From NCBI GenBank assembly GCA_024233285.1, contig JACKPU010000002.1:324954-388953 (forward strand): a stretch of DNA of 64,000 nucleotides. The letters are read 5' to 3'. The notes under the pieces are model-generated. The model was not told the origin of the DNA, made no database searches, and was given only the letters and a program-made list of their open reading frames with translations. Positions 59,529 to 64,000 of the stretch are shown here, one piece after another. How positions within the stretch are numbered: the first letter of the stretch is position 1; each line of letters opens with the position of its first letter. Origin of the DNA: Opitutaceae bacterium. Lineage in GTDB: Bacteria > Verrucomicrobiota > Verrucomicrobiia > Opitutales > Opitutaceae. A program made the position numbers and the translations under genes.

Positions 59529-60902
59529 TCAGTTTTCCTGTGTCGCCGGACGATTCAACCACGCGGCCGGCACGGGCACTACGCAGATGTTCATGGTGCG
59601 GTTGTCGGCGGAAAGCATGGCGGACTGAAACTGCACGCGCGTGCTGTCGGCGCTGAAGGTCGGGTGAATGTGATCGGCGGCGGTTTCCTTGTGCCCGGCC
59701 GTCAGGAGCACGGTCTCGCCAGTCGCGCGATCGATCAACCAGAGGTTGCGCGCGAAGTCATCTCCCACGGCCCAACGCCCGTCATGGGAGCCATGGACGT
59801 GCCAGTAACCGCTGCCCTCGGCGGTCTGGCCGATGATCCGCATTTCACGAGTGCGCAGATTGACGATGCCGAGCCCGGTGGGCTTTTCCCGCGTGCCGCA
59901 GGGCCCCCATTCATCATCCGTGCCAACCGGCCGGTGCCCCATGATCGCGATGGCGACCTCGTCTTTGGTGATGACGGCTTCGTGCGTGACCCATTCGTAA
60001 TCGGCCTCGGGGTAAAGTGGACGCAAGCCGGTGCCGTCGGCCCGCACGGTCCAGGTGCGTTGCGGCGATTTGCCGCCGGTTTCCCAACAGAAAACGATTT
60101 CGCCCGGCATCCATGGATTCGTCTGCACGTGGCCGATTTGAAATGGCACGGACACGATGTAACTGACCTCGCCGGTCGTGAGGTTCATCTTGGCGAGGCC
60201 GGTCGGACCGGCGCCCATGTTGCGCGGCCCGAAGTTCGGTTCGATTTTGGTATCAGGCGGCAGGTGACTCGCGGCGAATTCCTTGCCGGCCACGCGGAAG
60301 TAGGCGAAGTCCTCGTTCGGATCGATCGCCACGTCGCCGACCGCGCCGTAGGCGGCCGGGATGACGCCGACGACGTGTTCATATTCCGTGGCCTCGCCCA
60401 CCGTGCCGGCTTCGCTGTCGGCGAAAAGCTTGCCCAAATCCACGCGCACGATCTGCGCTTCCTTGGGCGCTTCGCCCGGCTTCGCCGCCGGCGTGGCGGG
60501 TTCGGCTCCGGTCATGGCCGGCGGCGGTCCCACGTCGCCTAAGCGCACGAAGTAGAGATTCATCGTGTGGTCGGCGAGGCAGAGCATGCCGGTGTAGCCG
60601 TTTTCGGTGACCTGCACGATGTCGCCGGTCTTTTCATTCACGGCCATGGCCTGGCCGCGCACGCGGTTGGAGCGAAACACGACCCACTGGCCGTCGGCGG
60701 TCCACTGGTGATGGGTTTGATAGATCTTCGAATCGCCGCGCGGCTCGCTGGTTAGGAACGTGAGTTCGGCGCCGGTGACCGGGTCGATCACGATTTTCTT
60801 TTCGGAAGGAAAGCGGTCGCCGATGCGGGCGGCGGCGACCAACGCAAGTGAGGCGGCGATGGCCAAGGCCAGCGACGAACGAAGCAGGTGAAATCGAATC
60901 AT
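59529..60902 (-). CDS. Secreted oligogalacturonate lyase-like (PL22-like) beta-propeller
   Basis: Signal peptide, DPVTG....LT, GHVQTNP, FCWE, THE, HIHPTFS.D. Confidence 0.75.
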   Translation of the reverse strand: MIRFHLLRSSLALAIAASLALVAAARIGDRFPSEKKIVIDPVTGAELTFLTSEPRGDSKIYQTHHQWTADGQWVVFRSNRVRGQAMAVNEKTGDIVQVTENGYTGMLCLADHTMNLYFVRLGDVGPPPAMTGAEPATPAAKPGEAPKEAQIVRVDLGKLFADSEAGTVGEATEYEHVVGVIPAAYGAVGDVAIDPNEDFAYFRVAGKEFAASHLPPDTKIEPNFGPRNMGAGPTGLAKMNLTTGEVSYIVSVPFQIGHVQTNPWMPGEIVFCWETGGKSPQRTWTVRADGTGLRPLYPEADYEWVTHEAVITKDEVAIAIMGHRPVGTDDEWGPCGTREKPTGLGIVNLRTREMRIIGQTAEGSGYWHVHGSHDGRWAVGDDFARNLWLIDRATGETVLLTAGHKETAADHIHPTFSADSTRVQFQSAMLSADNRTMNICVVPVPAAWLNRPATQEN

Positions 60903-60959
60903 GACGGGGCGGGGTTGAGGTTGGATGCAGTCAATGCCGTCCGCCCGAAATGAAAAGCC

Positions 60960-60982
60960 GTGCGAATTCTGACAATTCGCAC
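60960..60982 (-). terminator. Hairpin after purL (probable terminator)
   Basis: GTGCGAATT / AATTCGCAC 9-bp stem, followed by GGCTTTT on the minus strand. Confidence 0.55.
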
Positions 60983-60998
60983 AGACGCCAATGCCGGC

Positions 60999-63900
60999 TC
61001 AACCCACCCACGCGCGGGCGTTGTAGAACAGCTGCATCCACGGCGAATCTTCGCCCCATTCGCGCGGGGCCCAACTCATCGCGCAAGTGCGGAAGACGCG
61101 TTCCGGGTGCGGCATCATGATGGTGACGCGGCCGTCGCGGGTCGTCAGTGCGGTCATGCCGTGGGGCGATCCGTTGGGGTTGAGTGGATACGTTTCGGTC
61201 GGCGCGTGGTGGTTGTCCACGAAGCGTGCGGCGACCAGCCCGGAAGTGCTGAACGCCTCGCCGGCCGTCGCGTCGGGGAACTCGGTGAATCCCTCGCCGT
61301 GGGCGACGACCACGGGCAGCACCGAACCGGCCATGCCGCGCAGGAGCACACTCGGGCTTTCCTCGATTTTGAGCGACACGAAGCGCGCCTCGTAGCGTTC
61401 GCATTTGTTCTGCACGAAGCGCGGCCAGTGATCGGCGCCGGGGATGATGCTGTGCAGGTTGCTGAGCATCTGGCAGCCGTTGCAAACGCCGAGAGCGAAC
61501 GTGTCCGCGCGCGCGAAGAACGCGGCGAATTCGGCCCGGGCGCGGTCGTTGAACAGGACGCTCTTGGCCCAGCCTTCGCCGGCACCGAGGACATCACCAT
61601 AACTGAACCCGCCACAGGCGGCGAGACCGCGGAAATCCTTGAGCGAGACCCGGCCCTCCAGCACGTCGCTCATGTGCACATCGACGGCGCGGAACCCGGC
61701 CCGGTCGAAGGCCGCGGCCATTTCGATCTGACCGTTGACACCTTGCTCGCGAAGAATGGCGACGGCGGGCCGATCCTTACTGGAGGCAATCGCCGGCCGC
61801 ATGGTTGTGAGGTCAAAAGTGAGTTTCGGCGTGATGCCGGGGTTCTTGGGATCGAGCTTGAGCTGGTAGTCCTGTTCGACGCATTCCGGGTTGTCGCGGA
61901 GCGACGCGATGCGGCGCGTCATGTCGGACCAGAGCGCGCGCAGATAGAAGAGGTTTTCATCAATCAGAAGTTTCTTGTTCTGCGTGACGCGGAAGGTGTG
62001 CGTGGCGTTGAGCGTGCCGAGGCGCGAAACGCAGGCTTTGAGGCCGTGCTGCCGGAGCACGAGGTAGACGTCGTCGAGATCGGCGGCGCGCACTTGGAGG
62101 ACCGCGCCGAGTTCCTCGTTGAAGAGCGCGGCAAACGGTTCGTGCAGGTGCGGGATTTCGAGATCGACGCCGGTGTGCCCGGCGAAGGCCATCTCGGCGA
62201 CCGTGGCGAGCAAGCCGCCGTCGGATCGGTCGTGATAGGCGAGCAGTTTTTGTTCGCGGCCGAGCTGCTGGATGGCGTTCCAGAAATTTTTCAGATCAGT
62301 AGCGTTATCAACATCCGGCGTGGCTTCGCCCATCTGCGAAATCGTTTGGGCGAGAATCGAACCGCCGAGACGGTTTTTACCGCGACCAAGGTCGATCAGC
62401 AACAGCGCCGAATCGGCCTCTTGGGCGAGCTGCGGGGTGAGCGTGCGGCGCACATCCGTGACCGCTGCGAAGGCGGAAACAATCAGAGAGATTGGGGCGG
62501 TGATGCGTTTCGCTTTTTCGCCGTCCTGCCAGACGGTGCTCATCGACATCGAGTCCTTGCCAACGGGAATCGTGATGCCGAGGGCGGGGCACAGTTCCAT
62601 GCCGACGGCCTTGACCGCGGCGTAGAGATCGGCGGCGTCGCCGGGCACGGCCGGTGCGGCCATCCAATTGGCGCTGAGGTTGACCTTCCCGAGATCGCTG
62701 ATTTGCGCGGCGGCGAGATTGGTGAGTGCTTCGCCGACGGCGAGGCGGGCGGACGCGGCGGCGTTGTTGACCGCGACGGGGGTGCGTTCGCCCATGGCCA
62801 TCGCCTCGCCGGTGTAAACGTCAAACGCGGCGGCGGTGACGCCGCAATCGGCCACAGGCACCTGCCACGGGCCGACCATCTGGTCGCGCGTGATGAGCCC
62901 GCCGACCGAGCGGTCGCCGATCGAGATCAAAAACGTCTTGTCCGCGACGGTCGGATGCGAAAGCACGCGCTTGAGGACCTCCTTGAGCGTGACCCCGCGG
63001 AGCTCAAGCGGGTGCTGCGGACGCACGAGCGATTTTTCCTGACGGTGCATCCGCGGCGGTTTGCCGAGCAGCACCTCGAGCGGCAGGTTGATCGGCGTGT
63101 TGTTGAAATGCGGATCCTCGACCACGAGGTCCTTGCGCTCGGTCGCCTCGCCGACGATGGCGAAGGGGGCGCGTTCGCGGGCGCAGAGTTGCGCGAAGGT
63201 GTCGATCCGGTCGGCGGGAATGGCGAGGACGTAGCGTTCCTGCGATTCATTGCACCAGATTTCGAGCGGCGACATGCCGGGCTCGTCGTTGGGGAGTTTG
63301 CGCAGGTCGAACTTGCCGCCGCGGCCGCCGTCGTTGACGAGCTCGGGCAGGGCGTTGGAAACGCCACCGGCGCCGACGTCATGGATGAACGAAATGGGAT
63401 TGTCGTCACCCATCGCCCAGCAACGGTCGATGACTTCCTGGCACCGGCGCTCCATTTCGGCGTTGTCGCGTTGCACGCTGGCGAAATCGAGATCCTCGCT
63501 GCCGGAGCCGCTGGCCATCGAACTGGCGGCGCCGCCGCCGAGACCGATGTTCATGCACGGGCCGCCGAGGACGACGAGTTTGTCGCTGGGGTTGATCGCG
63601 CCTTTTTGGATGTGTCCCTCGCGGATGTTGCCGAGGCCGCCGGCGAGCATGATCGGTTTGTGATAACCGCGGATTTCCTTGGCGTGCGTGTCCTTGCCGG
63701 TGGCGGGCACCTCCTGTTCGAAGGTGCGGAAATAACCGTTGATGGCGGGGCGGCCGAACTCGTTGTTGAACGCGGCGCCGCCGAGCGGGCCTTCGATCAT
63801 GATGTCGAGGGCGGAGACGATGCGGCCGGGTTTGCCGTGGTCTTTTTCCCACGGCTGGACCGCGCCGGGCAGGCGGAGATTGGAAACGGTGAAACCGACG

Positions 63901-64000
63901 AGACCGGCCTTGGGCCGGGAACCGCGGCCGGTGGCGCCTTCGTCACGAATCTCGCCGCCGGAACCGGTGGCGGCGCCGGGGAAGGGCGAGATGGCGGTCG
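60999..64000 (-). CDS. purL: Large-type FGAM synthase; 5' end lies beyond the window
   Basis: [55 protein letters not shown]. Confidence 0.97.
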   Translation of the reverse strand, partial: TAISPFPGAATGSGGEIRDEGATGRGSRPKAGLVGFTVSNLRLPGAVQPWEKDHGKPGRIVSALDIMIEGPLGGAAFNNEFGRPAINGYFRTFEQEVPATGKDTHAKEIRGYHKPIMLAGGLGNIREGHIQKGAINPSDKLVVLGGPCMNIGLGGGAASSMASGSGSEDLDFASVQRDNAEMERRCQEVIDRCWAMGDDNPISFIHDVGAGGVSNALPELVNDGGRGGKFDLRKLPNDEPGMSPLEIWCNESQERYVLAIPADRIDTFAQLCARERAPFAIVGEATERKDLVVEDPHFNNTPINLPLEVLLGKPPRMHRQEKSLVRPQHPLELRGVTLKEVLKRVLSHPTVADKTFLISIGDRSVGGLITRDQMVGPWQVPVADCGVTAAAFDVYTGEAMAMGERTPVAVNNAAASARLAVGEALTNLAAAQISDLGKVNLSANWMAAPAVPGDAADLYAAVKAVGMELCPALGITIPVGKDSMSMSTVWQDGEKAKRITAPISLIVSAFAAVTDVRRTLTPQLAQEADSALLLIDLGRGKNRLGGSILAQTISQMGEATPDVDNATDLKNFWNAIQQLGREQKLLAYHDRSDGGLLATVAEMAFAGHTGVDLEIPHLHEPFAALFNEELGAVLQVRAADLDDVYLVLRQHGLKACVSRLGTLNATHTFRVTQNKKLLIDENLFYLRALWSDMTRRIASLRDNPECVEQDYQLKLDPKNPGITPKLTFDLTTMRPAIASSKDRPAVAILREQGVNGQIEMAAAFDRAGFRAVDVHMSDVLEGRVSLKDFRGLAACGGFSYGDVLGAGEGWAKSVLFNDRARAEFAAFFARADTFALGVCNGCQMLSNLHSIIPGADHWPRFVQNKCERYEARFVSLKIEESPSVLLRGMAGSVLPVVVAHGEGFTEFPDATAGEAFSTSGLVAARFVDNHHAPTETYPLNPNGSPHGMTALTTRDGRVTIMMPHPERVFRTCAMSWAPREWGEDSPWMQLFYNARAWVG

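Overview
High-GC, gene-dense bacterial chromosome segment, most likely from an Opitutaceae-like member of Verrucomicrobiota (inferred from protein style, the long IspG and the absence of Shine-Dalgarno signals; not confirmed). Core genes are dnaA with an upstream DnaA-box region, uppS-cdsA-dxr-rseP-ispG, mreBCD-mrdA, dnaG-rpoD-tatA, rpmG, mrp, tolB, sodA, tadA, infA-xerD, rapA and a partial purL. Accessory blocks are two AraC/PhyH-dioxygenase pairs linked to glycan-active enzymes, a MoxR-DUF58-transglutaminase operon and a kdp potassium-pump locus. Highlights: (1) a PTS EIIA-diadenylate cyclase fusion, in the same window as an RCK_C antiporter and Kdp, suggesting PTS-gated c-di-AMP/K+ signalling; (2) a rearranged, apparently mosaic kdp operon (F-B-peptide-A-C-smallTM-D-E) with two extra small membrane ORFs and a doubly frameshifted kdpB; (3) GTAG-type REP doublets; (4) a heptamer tandem repeat inside ispG; (5) signs of leaderless, SD-free translation. 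I saw no rRNA, tRNA, CRISPR array, transposase or prophage. All calls are from reading motifs by eye, with no database searches.
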